A stretch of DNA of 64,000 nt. Source: Planctomycetota bacterium. GTDB taxonomy: Bacteria > Planctomycetota > Phycisphaerae > Sedimentisphaerales > Anaerobacaceae. Below, piece by piece: positions 52,746 through 61,270 of the stretch (position 1 is its first letter; every line of letters begins with the position of its first letter). The translations under genes were made by a program, and so were the position numbers. The notes below the pieces were generated by a model. The model was not told where the DNA came from. It saw nothing but the letters and a program-made list of their open reading frames with translations, and did no database searches. The stretch is taken from positions 6,109 to 70,108 of the forward strand of contig JADFJC010000003.1 of assembly GCA_022566315.1 (NCBI GenBank), given 5' to 3'.

Positions 52746-53924
52746 ATGGATATTAAAGAGCGCAAAAATATATTAGTTACCTGTGGGCCGGGGCTTAAAG
52801 AATATCTGCAGGCAGAACTTGAAGGATTAGGCTTTGAGATAGTCGGAAGTCACGTCGGAAGTGTTGTCACACGCGGGTCGTTTATCGATTGTATGAAACT
52901 GAATTTCTGTCTGCGAACCGCTTATAACGTCCTTTATCTTCTAAAAGAGTTTCGTTGCGGCAGCAGCGAATCACTCTACAAACAAATCAACAGACTGCCA
53001 TGGGAAAATATCATCGCCCCTGAAGAATATCTATGCGTACTCTCGCGGGTCGATACCTGGTCGATTAACAACAGCATGTATCCGAGCCTCAAGGTCAAAG
53101 ATGCAATCGTTGACCGCATATACAAAAAGACCGGCTCCAGGCCTGATAGCGGCCCGGACAGAAACAAGGTCGTCGTCAATCTTTTCTGGAAGGAGCACAG
53201 GGCATGGATATATCTTAATACTTCCGGCGTAAAACTTTCTGACCGTAACTATCGTAAGATGCCGCACAAAGCACCGCTTCGCGAATCGTTGGCGGCCGGG
53301 ATTATCATGGCGACAGGATATGACGGTTCACAAGATATCGTGCTGCCGATGTGCGGCAGTGGTACGCTTGCTATCGAAGCTGTTCTTTTAGCGATGAACA
53401 GGCCGGCCGGCAGCCTGCGCAGCAATTTTGGTTTTAAACATGTGAAAGTTTTTGATGAGCAGATATGGCAGGAAATACGAAATAGTGTTCGCAAGAATAT
53501 ACGCAAGGACGGGCTGCGAAAACGTGTTATCGCCACGGATATAGATGAACAAGCTATCGAAGCGGCCAGGCAGAACGCGCGAACGGCGGGAGTCGAACAG
53601 TTGATAGAATTTGATGTGTGTGACTTCGCCGATACCGAAGTGCCGGAAGGTAAGGGGATTGTGGTGATGAATCCGGAATACGGGCTGCGGCTGGGCGAAC
53701 TTGAACAGCTCGAAAAAGAGTATAAACGCATTGGCGACTTTCTCAAACAGAAATGCGCCGGTTATACAGGCTATCTACTCATGGGCAATAAAGAGCTGGC
53801 TGTAAAAATTGGATTAAAAGCTTCTCGCCGTATGGTATTCTACAACGGCAAAATAGAGTGCCGTCTGCTGAAATATGAACTCTACAAAGGAACAAAACAA
53901 CCGCGAAACAGCGACCAGGACTAA
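52746..53924 (+). CDS. THUMP-domain class I SAM-dependent RNA methyltransferase (RlmL/UPF0020-like)
   Basis: 392 aa. N-terminal ferredoxin-like/THUMP region, PMCGSGTLAIEA (SAM motif I), ATDID and VMNPEYGLRLG (NPPY-type motif IV). Confidence 0.85.
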   Translation: MDIKERKNILVTCGPGLKEYLQAELEGLGFEIVGSHVGSVVTRGSFIDCMKLNFCLRTAYNVLYLLKEFRCGSSESLYKQINRLPWENIIAPEEYLCVLSRVDTWSINNSMYPSLKVKDAIVDRIYKKTGSRPDSGPDRNKVVVNLFWKEHRAWIYLNTSGVKLSDRNYRKMPHKAPLRESLAAGIIMATGYDGSQDIVLPMCGSGTLAIEAVLLAMNRPAGSLRSNFGFKHVKVFDEQIWQEIRNSVRKNIRKDGLRKRVIATDIDEQAIEAARQNARTAGVEQLIEFDVCDFADTEVPEGKGIVVMNPEYGLRLGELEQLEKEYKRIGDFLKQKCAGYTGYLLMGNKELAVKIGLKASRRMVFYNGKIECRLLKYELYKGTKQPRNSDQD

Positions 53925-54008
53925 CCCTAACCTCACGTTGTGGCTTACTAAGATATATCGTTGTGGTTTTACTGGTAATGGATATAATGCCGTTATGAAC
54001 TAACTTTA

Positions 54009-54063
54009 GGCGGATGAATCCGCCACACGGATGGCGGATAAATATTGAAGAATCAACGGGAAC
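54009..54063 (+). repeat. Cassette-boundary motif copy B
   Basis: GGCGGATGAATCCGCC ACACGGAT GGCGGATAAATATTGAAGAATCAACGGGAAC. It lies immediately after the end of rlmL-3' homology and 8 nt before the HEPN gene ATG. Confidence 0.7.
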
Positions 54064-54070
54064 AGGGAAT

Positions 54071-54682
54071 ATGAATTCTAAAAAAAAATGGGAATACTTT
54101 AGCAAGAGGCTTGAAACCATGTGGGATGTATACCGCGAATGTATGGAACACTTTGATGCAAAATTTTCAGAAAAGTGGAAAGTATTTTGCGAAAGTAGAG
54201 ATGAGCAAAAATACAAAGAATACCTTCGTGAGATTGAATTCCCATACATAAATACTCTGAATAGCGCAATGCTAATTGCATTTTGTTCGCTAACAGAACA
54301 TGTGGTGGCTGATATTACGAATGAAAATGTGCCGGGATATGAAGAAAAGAAGAAACGGAAAAGAGGAAATTGGCTTGTTAGAAATATTAAACTTCTAAAC
54401 GAACGCGGGTTTGATATAGACCAAAATGGCGAAGATGTCAGACTTTTCTCCTATTATATACAAATTAGAAATTGTGTAGTCCACAATGGAGGAAAGATTT
54501 CGAATTCAAAACATTCGAAGCAGCTTAAAGAGGCGATTGATGCTGTTGAGAAGTATGCTAAAGACCCTAATTATAATATGATAAAAATTAAAGATGATTA
54601 TTTGATGTTAGGGAGTGGTTTGATTTCGGATGTTGTTGAAAAAAGTGAAGATATAATAGAAAGAATTCTTGAAAAAATATAG
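54071..54682 (+). CDS. HEPN-domain protein (predicted RNase; Rx4H motif)
   Basis: 203 aa from MNSKKKWEYF; the upstream part of the ORF is the boundary motif. It is all-alpha by composition. YYIQIRNCVVHNGGKIS carries the R-x4-H HEPN signature in the expected C-terminal helix. AT-rich. Confidence 0.55.
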   Translation: MNSKKKWEYFSKRLETMWDVYRECMEHFDAKFSEKWKVFCESRDEQKYKEYLREIEFPYINTLNSAMLIAFCSLTEHVVADITNENVPGYEEKKKRKRGNWLVRNIKLLNERGFDIDQNGEDVRLFSYYIQIRNCVVHNGGKISNSKHSKQLKEAIDAVEKYAKDPNYNMIKIKDDYLMLGSGLISDVVEKSEDIIERILEKI

Positions 54683-54806
54683 CTCGGTAGGGTGCGCAGC
54701 AGGCTTGCCTGTGCTTCAGGTACTTGTTTGCACACGCGGAATCATTCAATAAAAGAGATTGGACGAGTCCACCATCCGTCTTTGCTAAAGCTACGCCGGA
54801 CAAGTA

Positions 54807-54837
54807 GGCGGATAAATATTGAAGGACCAACGGGAAC
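54807..54837 (+). repeat. Cassette-boundary motif copy C
   Basis: GGCGGATAAATATTGAAGGACCAACGGGAAC, 125 nt after the HEPN gene stop. Confidence 0.7.
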
Positions 54838-55104
54838 TTGTTATACAGAAAGAAACTTCTCTGTCTTTCCCGTCTTATACAGACTATATAATCGGTATTA
54901 GATATTTGATAACAGGAATATGTGATGAGCAAGAACAAGCCAGAAGTTTTTATTATTGAATCTCTGGGAATGAATGATGAAAGGAAAAACCTAATTAGTG
55001 AACTTCTACAATACTGTCTGGGCTGCTGTACAATTCAATAAACCACACAATAAGTAACTTATCAGCAACATGGCATTCTGTACTTTAGAAAAGTTAATAC
55101 TTTT

Positions 55105-55665
55105 TTAAGCGGGGAACAAGCTATTTTCCTTATACTTAAGTGACTCAATTTTCCTCTTCAGCCCTATTTTTTTATCAGCCTTTACAAGGACATTTTCTGA
55201 CATATAAGAAATCAATTTTTCAAAATCGTTTGCATTAGAAATTTCGACAAATTCTTTAATCTTATTTATGAACACTACTGTTTTTTTCTTATTAGCCAGC
55301 ATTTCAATTGCATTACATAAAGTACCTGTACTCTTGGTATCCCATACCATTAAGCCATAGTCAGCGATGGATGCCATCTCTATGTCTTTTGCAGTAAAGA
55401 AAGCACGGGTACCTGGCTTATACTTCGAATAAGTGTTATGTGTTTTCCAGTGGCCCAAATTATTTCTAAGTGAATCGCCGCTATGAAATATTGTTACATT
55501 CTGATAGGATGCTTTGCATAAATAATCTTGAATTGAACTGTCAACACCGCTGGCATCTCCCAATACAATATCAAATCCCGAGCTAATAATGTTGTCAATC
55601 CTATCTTTGACTTTTTTATCAATGTTCTTAATTTGCATTGAACCAGATATGAAAACAGTTGTCAT
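55105..55665 (-). CDS. DprA/SLOG-superfamily (Rossmann-like nucleotide-binding) protein
   Basis: 186 aa. VFISGS..., IVLGDASGVDSSIQDYL (the GxAxGxD motif of DprA/Smf-type SLOG domains) and WDTKSTGTLCNAIEM (the second glycine-rich SLOG motif). It begins 2 nt after the PRTase stop. Confidence 0.55.
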   Translation of the reverse strand: MTTVFISGSMQIKNIDKKVKDRIDNIISSGFDIVLGDASGVDSSIQDYLCKASYQNVTIFHSGDSLRNNLGHWKTHNTYSKYKPGTRAFFTAKDIEMASIADYGLMVWDTKSTGTLCNAIEMLANKKKTVVFINKIKEFVEISNANDFEKLISYMSENVLVKADKKIGLKRKIESLKYKENSLFPA

Positions 55666-55667
55666 AA

Positions 55668-56252
55668 TTATCTTTTCCTGGTAAACGCAACAACATAGAT
55701 ATTATTAACTTTGGAATATGTCTTAAGAGTTAGAGCAGCAGCATTTAGTGAAGTCCCTGAACCATAAATATCATCAATTAACAGCACATCCCAGCAATCT
55801 TCACCGACTATTTCGTCTTTAATAGAAAATGCAGTTGCTAATACTTTTATCTTTTCTTTGATGGATTCTATATCTTTCATTTGAGGAGTTCTAACTTTTT
55901 TGATTAATATGTTTTCACATAGTGGAACATCCATCTTTTTAGCAATTTCCTTGGCTAATTCTGTTAAAGGCTGAAATACCCTTCGTTTTGAAGGTGGCAT
56001 AGGAACAATAAATCCTACTGAACTAAGTTTTGATTTCAAATTTTCGATAAATGCATCAACAAGAAGAGGGATCTTTTTACGATCGTTTTTATACTTCAAT
56101 TGATACATTGCTTCACCTACATCTGTTCTAACGGTATCAAAGTCAGGATGACCATATTGGTTATCACCGATAAATACTGAAGATTTTACGTGTTTGTCTA
56201 AGGTATAACCAGCATGCCAGTTACCATTAATTATTTTAACATTAACATCCAT
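55668..56252 (-). CDS. ComF-like phosphoribosyltransferase (PRTase) lacking the N-terminal zinc finger
   Basis: 194 aa. The PRPP-binding loop VLLIDDIYGSGTSLNAAALTL sits near the C-terminus, preceded by VPMPPSKRR...QPLTELAKEIAKKM, as in ComF/GntX-family proteins. AAGGA SD. Confidence 0.7.
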   Translation of the reverse strand: MDVNVKIINGNWHAGYTLDKHVKSSVFIGDNQYGHPDFDTVRTDVGEAMYQLKYKNDRKKIPLLVDAFIENLKSKLSSVGFIVPMPPSKRRVFQPLTELAKEIAKKMDVPLCENILIKKVRTPQMKDIESIKEKIKVLATAFSIKDEIVGEDCWDVLLIDDIYGSGTSLNAAALTLKTYSKVNNIYVVAFTRKR

Positions 56253-56452
56253 ATTATAATCCTTAAAAATTTGGAGAAAATTAAAGGGGTCAGTTTACCC
56301 CCAAGGGGCTTTGCCCCCTAAGTGACACCTTTTTTGTAAGAGCACGGCCCATATAACTCCACTTTTCTTTGAAAAGCCTAACCTACAACCCCCAATTTGT
56401 CAAGAAATCTGCGTAATCAGCGCAATCTGTGGCTAATTCTTTTCGTGTTGTC

Positions 56453-58312
56453 TTACTGCGGTTTTTTGCGTTCGTAACGCCGTCTATCCGTTTCTTTTAA
56501 CAGCCTTTTGCGGATTCGAATCGAAGATGGGCAAATCTCAACAAGCTCATCCTCTTGAATGTACTCCATCGCCGCTTCAAGACTCATCTTTCTTGCAGGT
56601 CTGACCTTGGCTGCATCGTCTTTGCCCGCTGCCCGAATGTTGGTAAGCTGCTTGCTTCTTACAACGTTTACAGTTATGTCCTTCTCCTTGCAGTGTTCCC
56701 CGACTACTTGTCCTTCATATACTTTTTCTCCCGGCTCAACAAAGAAAATGCCGCGGTCGTATAAGGCATCAAGTGCATAAGCGGTAACTTGTCCCATAGT
56801 GGTCGCAATCATAACTCCCGCCTTCCGCTGAGGTATCGCTCCCCGCATCAGCTCATATCTTTCAAACGTATGATGCATAATCGCTCTGCCGCTGGTCGCA
56901 TTCATCATCCTGGCATTTAGGCCGAACAAACCCCGCGAAGGTATCAAAAATTCCATGTGAATAAAATCACTCGCTCCGCTTTTGGGATCTATTTTAATTA
57001 TTTCACTTCTACGGTCGCCAAGAAGACTCATCACGGAATTCTGGCAATCCAACGGGCAATCCACCGCAAGTAATTCTATTGGTTCATGCCGCCTCTCATC
57101 GACTATTCTCAAAATCACATTCGGCTTGCCCACACAAACCTCATACCCTTCACGCCGCATATTCTCTAACAATATCCCAAGATGCATCAGCCCTCTGCCC
57201 GAAACATTGAATTCTTCAGGACTCTGCCCCTCTTCCACCCTTAACGCAACATTCTGCTGAAGCTCCTTTTCAAGCCTTTCTCCAATTTGTCTGCTTGTTA
57301 CATATTTGCCGTCTCTGCCTGCGAAAGGCCCATTATTAACTCTGAATGTCATTGTCATCGTCGGCTCATCAATAGAGATGACCGCAAGCCTCGAAGGTTT
57401 ATCCGCACAGGCAATCGTGTCACCTATCTCAACAGGATCAAGTCCCGATATCGCACAGATATCACCTGCCTGAACGCTTGAAACCTGCTTTCTGCCAAGG
57501 CCGTGAAACTGATGAATATGCATAACTTTCTGCTGGGTATGCAGACTTTCGGCGTCAATTACTGTAACTAACTGACCTTCGGTTATTGTTCCCGCGAAAA
57601 CCTTGCCAATTGCTATTCGTCCAACATACTCCGAATACTCCTGGTTTGTCACTAACATTTGCAACGGCGCGTCCTGGTCAACTTTTGGCGAGGGAATATT
57701 GTTTATTATCGCATCGAATATTGCCTGGACATTATCGGTTTTATTAGCCAGATCTGTTGTTGCCCAACCCTCTTTGGCTGATGCGTAAACAAGTGGAAAA
57801 TCGAGAGCATCATCATCTGCGCCGAGTGATACGAGCAGATCGAATACTTCATTTACGACATCGTCTGGCCTGCTGTTTTCGCGGTCAACTTTGTTTATGA
57901 CTACTACTAATTTTAGTTTGTGTTCGAGGGCTTTGGTCAATACAAATCTTGTTTGCGGCATTGGGCCTTCAAATGCATCTACCAGGACTAATACGCCGTC
58001 TGCCATTTTTAAAACTCGTTCGACCTCGCCGCCAAAATCGGCATGGCCTGGAGTGTCGATCAGATTGATCTTATATTCATCGCCTTTTGAGTCGGTATAG
58101 TTGATCTCGCAGTTTTTGCTTAGGATTGTTATGCCGCGTTCTTTTTCGAGGGGGTTTGAATCCATTATCAAATTGTGCTGGCCGCCGGCTAATTTGTCGA
58201 GATCTTCGGTTCTGAACATGCCGGACTGGTAGAGAAGCTGGTCTACGAGCGTTGTTTTGCCATGATCAACATGGGCGATTATTGCTACATTACGAATATA
58301 ATCTGAATACAT
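56453..58312 (-). CDS. typA: Translational GTPase TypA/BipA
   Basis: 619 aa. IRNVAIIAHVDHGKTTLVD, DTPGHADFGGEVER, NKVDR and the BipA-specific C-terminal domain ending ...ICPSSIRIRKRLL. Confidence 0.92.
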   Translation of the reverse strand: MYSDYIRNVAIIAHVDHGKTTLVDQLLYQSGMFRTEDLDKLAGGQHNLIMDSNPLEKERGITILSKNCEINYTDSKGDEYKINLIDTPGHADFGGEVERVLKMADGVLVLVDAFEGPMPQTRFVLTKALEHKLKLVVVINKVDRENSRPDDVVNEVFDLLVSLGADDDALDFPLVYASAKEGWATTDLANKTDNVQAIFDAIINNIPSPKVDQDAPLQMLVTNQEYSEYVGRIAIGKVFAGTITEGQLVTVIDAESLHTQQKVMHIHQFHGLGRKQVSSVQAGDICAISGLDPVEIGDTIACADKPSRLAVISIDEPTMTMTFRVNNGPFAGRDGKYVTSRQIGERLEKELQQNVALRVEEGQSPEEFNVSGRGLMHLGILLENMRREGYEVCVGKPNVILRIVDERRHEPIELLAVDCPLDCQNSVMSLLGDRRSEIIKIDPKSGASDFIHMEFLIPSRGLFGLNARMMNATSGRAIMHHTFERYELMRGAIPQRKAGVMIATTMGQVTAYALDALYDRGIFFVEPGEKVYEGQVVGEHCKEKDITVNVVRSKQLTNIRAAGKDDAAKVRPARKMSLEAAMEYIQEDELVEICPSSIRIRKRLLKETDRRRYERKKPQ

Positions 58313-58328
58313 AACAAACTTTCAATTA

Positions 58329-58486
58329 GGACTGGTAAAGAAATTAGGTTTCGTTTTTGGTTGAGCGAGGACAAGGCTGGCAAGGAAGCAAAACGCAGAC
58401 CTACTGGTTGGTAGTCCGAGTTTTGCTGAGGCCGCCAGCCGAAGCCGCAGTCAGCCAAAAATGGAAGATAATTTATTTACAAGTCC
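58329..58486 (+). mobile_element. MITE-A copy 3 (flanked by TTA/TTA)
   Basis: 158 bp between the MFS stop and the typA start. TTA occurs at 58326-58328 and 58487-58489. Confidence 0.75.
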
Positions 58487-58517
58487 TTATGGAATATTAA
58501 GATAAAAAAATAAACAA

Positions 58518-59795
58518 CTATTCAGAATTTGCTCGATCATCCTTATGTAAATCAATCATTTTACCCTTATTTTCAGCCCCGTCAATACAAAACCATATAA
58601 TCACTTGAGCCATCAGGCCAAGAGCAAGAACAACGACAGCGAACCAATAGGGCCAGTAGATTCCAAAGTTTCTGGACAGGTATCCCCCTGCTCCGGCGCC
58701 GACGATAACGCCAAGTGAAATTGTAACTTCGTGTATTGACATCTGGGTGGAGCGTTTCTTGCTGCCGCAGGCACCGTAATAGAGGCCGGAGCTATAGGCA
58801 AAGCCAAAGCCGGAGCCCATAATCACAAATGCAGGAACAAAGGCCCAGAGCGTACGGCCGAAGATGATCAAAAAAAGAGAGAGGGCAAGGACCATTTGAA
58901 CACCGAGAAGCAGCACCGGTTTGAAATGCCAGAAGCCGAAGCGGCCTGCGCAGGTCAAGACGACAAAGTTGCAGATTCCAAATAAAGTAATAATTATCCC
59001 GAACTGCATTTCCGAGAATCCCATACTCGTAAACAACAGTGCAAATTGCGAACGCGACACGCCCAGGCAGACCCAGGAGCAGAACAGGGCAACGCGGGCC
59101 ATCCACCTGAAGCGCAATAGCAGATTTCGGTCAAAGCGGACTTCCGGTGCATCAGCCGGTCTTACAGAAGCAGCGGGACCAGCAGACCCGTCATGAGCGA
59201 GACAGAGTAGGACAAAGCAAACCGCCAGACACGCCATACCTGCCACGATCGGCCCCAAGGTGTTCATTTCTACGAGCACACCACCTATCAGAGGGCCCAT
59301 AATCGCGGCAGCAGACCACGTGCCGTTGTAGGTTCCGAGGCGACGGTTCAGGATAGCACCCTCGTAGTCGGACGAAACCCAGGTCATAAGAAAAGGCCAG
59401 AAGAGCGACATAGCTGCTCCGGCGAGTGTGCTTGCGGCGATCATCATCCAGATGAGCATGGGCCTGCCGAACTGGTTGCAGGCTATTGCGTAGTAAACCA
59501 AAACGGCCATCACGAGGGTTGCCAGGAACATAGCGGCGGCAGCTGTGCGGGCCGTACGGCGGGGATTGAGATGGCCTAACATCGATGCGGCAAACAACAA
59601 GCATAACAGATAGCCAAGCATGTTGGCGGCCCAGACATATCCAACGTGCTCTTCGGTTCCACCGATGTTGCGTACGATAAACGGCATGGCTGTCCACAAC
59701 ACGCTTAGACTTATAGCCATCGCGAAAACTGCCCCGTACAAGGGCCAGATGTTTGCGAGAGCTTGACGAACGCATTTAGAAAATGTTTTCTTCAT
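58518..59795 (-). CDS. MFS transporter
   Basis: ~12 predicted TM segments and a typical MFS loop (FIVRNIGGTEEHVGY). Start placed at MKKTFSKC (ATG 59795), because the longer ORF runs into MITE-A copy 4. Confidence 0.8.
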   Translation of the reverse strand: MKKTFSKCVRQALANIWPLYGAVFAMAISLSVLWTAMPFIVRNIGGTEEHVGYVWAANMLGYLLCLLFAASMLGHLNPRRTARTAAAAMFLATLVMAVLVYYAIACNQFGRPMLIWMMIAASTLAGAAMSLFWPFLMTWVSSDYEGAILNRRLGTYNGTWSAAAIMGPLIGGVLVEMNTLGPIVAGMACLAVCFVLLCLAHDGSAGPAASVRPADAPEVRFDRNLLLRFRWMARVALFCSWVCLGVSRSQFALLFTSMGFSEMQFGIIITLFGICNFVVLTCAGRFGFWHFKPVLLLGVQMVLALSLFLIIFGRTLWAFVPAFVIMGSGFGFAYSSGLYYGACGSKKRSTQMSIHEVTISLGVIVGAGAGGYLSRNFGIYWPYWFAVVVLALGLMAQVIIWFCIDGAENKGKMIDLHKDDRANSE

Positions 59796-59800
59796 TTCAG

Positions 59801-59895
59801 AACGCAGGCCTACTGGTTGGTAGTCCAAGTTTTGCTGAGGCCGCCAGCCAAAGCCGCAGCCAGCCAAAAATGGAAGATAATTTATTTACAAGTCC
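59801..59895 (+). mobile_element. MITE-A copy 4, 3'-terminal 95 bp only
   Basis: It aligns with positions 64-158 of the full copies and is followed by TAA (59896-59898). The 5' 63 bp are absent, and the MFS start codon lies 6 nt to the left. Confidence 0.7.
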
Positions 59896-61166
59896 TAAGC
59901 CTTCTCTTCAACAACGACTTGTACTTTCTGAATAGCGTTATGCCCTGACTTGAGGAATGGACGTGGCATGGGCTGAGCGATGCCGTTAGCATCGATTGTG
60001 CGGCAGCGAAGGTCGTATTTTCCGGGACGAGGGACGCAAAGCAGTGCTGCCCAATGGACAATCGTGTTGAGAATCGGCCAGCGGTGCGGTTTACCCGTGG
60101 TTGTGTCAAACTGGCGCGGGATTGACGGCAGCTTGCCATCAGGAAGTCCTCCTCCCCAAAGTTCCGGAGGCGGCAGAATATCCGCGTCCTTCCATTGCCT
60201 TTTACTGAAGTAAGGGTCATTCTCCGGAAGCAGTTCATCCTGCGGATGAAGCCAGTACTGGACCTTGCTCAAGCCGGACATACCCACCTGTGCCACTCCA
60301 GTTATCGGCACAGGCTGTCCCACATCGATTTTTTGGGGAGTATGAATAAAGCGAGCACAGGTCTTTATATGACTGACAGTATCGTTATTCCAAGTCGCGT
60401 ATGTATCATTTGCCTGGTAGTTATTCGTCAGTATGATGCGCTGAAGCCACTTCACCGACTTGTTGCCATACGCATCAGGGACCAGCATACGAACTGGCCC
60501 GCCTCGCTTAGGTGTGAGCCACTCACCGTTAAGCTTATAACAGAGGATGACCGGGTGTTCCCCCGGAGGATCTTCCAGGACACGACCGATAGGCAGAGAA
60601 CTCTGGAATCGTTGTTCCGGGTCATCGTTGTGGTAGCCATAATAAAAGACACGCCGGACATTGCCTGTCGGACGAACCAGCCATACAACTTCTCTCAAAG
60701 GCAAGCCCTCCCACAGCCCCATGCCACATGGAGAGCGGCCATTCGTGCAGGACATCACGCTCATGAAACGCACGGCAGACGTCTTGGCAAGCTCCATAAG
60801 CCTATCCCAGTTCAGAGCTGTGCCCGAAGCTTTAGAAAGGGGCCGATCCACTTTGGCATTACTCTCCGGGTCCGGCAGAACCTCCAACTCCCAGGTCTCA
60901 CGTACCAGCCCCACTTCGCGACGTTTCTCAAGGGGCAATTTGTGCGGTGGCGGTTTACCTCGACCGTAACTAATGAAATTCTCCTCTCGGGTAAGATACT
61001 CCAGCTTTGAAATGGCCTCAGCGAGCAGAGGGTGGGTCTTATTTTCATGCTCCTCAGCCCAAAGTCGGGTAGTCCCCAAGCCCGCAACTCCTGTCGCCAT
61101 GAGCTGGAGGAAGTAACGCCGGGAAACGTCGGCATGTTCTCTTGCGATTCGTTCTATTTGATCCAT
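59895..61166 (-). CDS. Sulfite-oxidase-family molybdopterin oxidoreductase with TAT signal
   Basis: 423 aa. SRRYFLQLMATGVAGLG twin-arginine signal, the Mo-ligand Cys context SVMSCTNGRSPCG, a Moco-binding core and a C-terminal dimerisation-like domain. Confidence 0.8.
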   Translation of the reverse strand: MDQIERIAREHADVSRRYFLQLMATGVAGLGTTRLWAEEHENKTHPLLAEAISKLEYLTREENFISYGRGKPPPHKLPLEKRREVGLVRETWELEVLPDPESNAKVDRPLSKASGTALNWDRLMELAKTSAVRFMSVMSCTNGRSPCGMGLWEGLPLREVVWLVRPTGNVRRVFYYGYHNDDPEQRFQSSLPIGRVLEDPPGEHPVILCYKLNGEWLTPKRGGPVRMLVPDAYGNKSVKWLQRIILTNNYQANDTYATWNNDTVSHIKTCARFIHTPQKIDVGQPVPITGVAQVGMSGLSKVQYWLHPQDELLPENDPYFSKRQWKDADILPPPELWGGGLPDGKLPSIPRQFDTTTGKPHRWPILNTIVHWAALLCVPRPGKYDLRCRTIDANGIAQPMPRPFLKSGHNAIQKVQVVVEEKA

Positions 61167-61270
61167 GATCGAAAACCGCTCCTCATTAAAAGCACTTCAA
61201 ATATCCCTTCTGTCTCTGTAACTTATCTGTTGCAGTAACAAAGGCCAACACAGCCGCATGAATTATAGTC

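Noticed and set aside
54925-55041. 38-codon ORF (MSKNKPEVFIIESLGMNDERKNLISELLQYCLGCCTIQ) between the HEPN and DprA-like genes
   Set aside because: It could be the 5' remnant of a lost cargo gene. It is too short for any assignment, and I recognised no motif.
56285-56330. Two short GC hairpins (GGGGT..ACCCC, GGGGC..GCCCC) as the typA terminator
   Set aside because: The stems are only 5 bp and lie ~120-170 nt past the typA stop, directly in front of the PRTase start. The evidence is insufficient to call a terminator.
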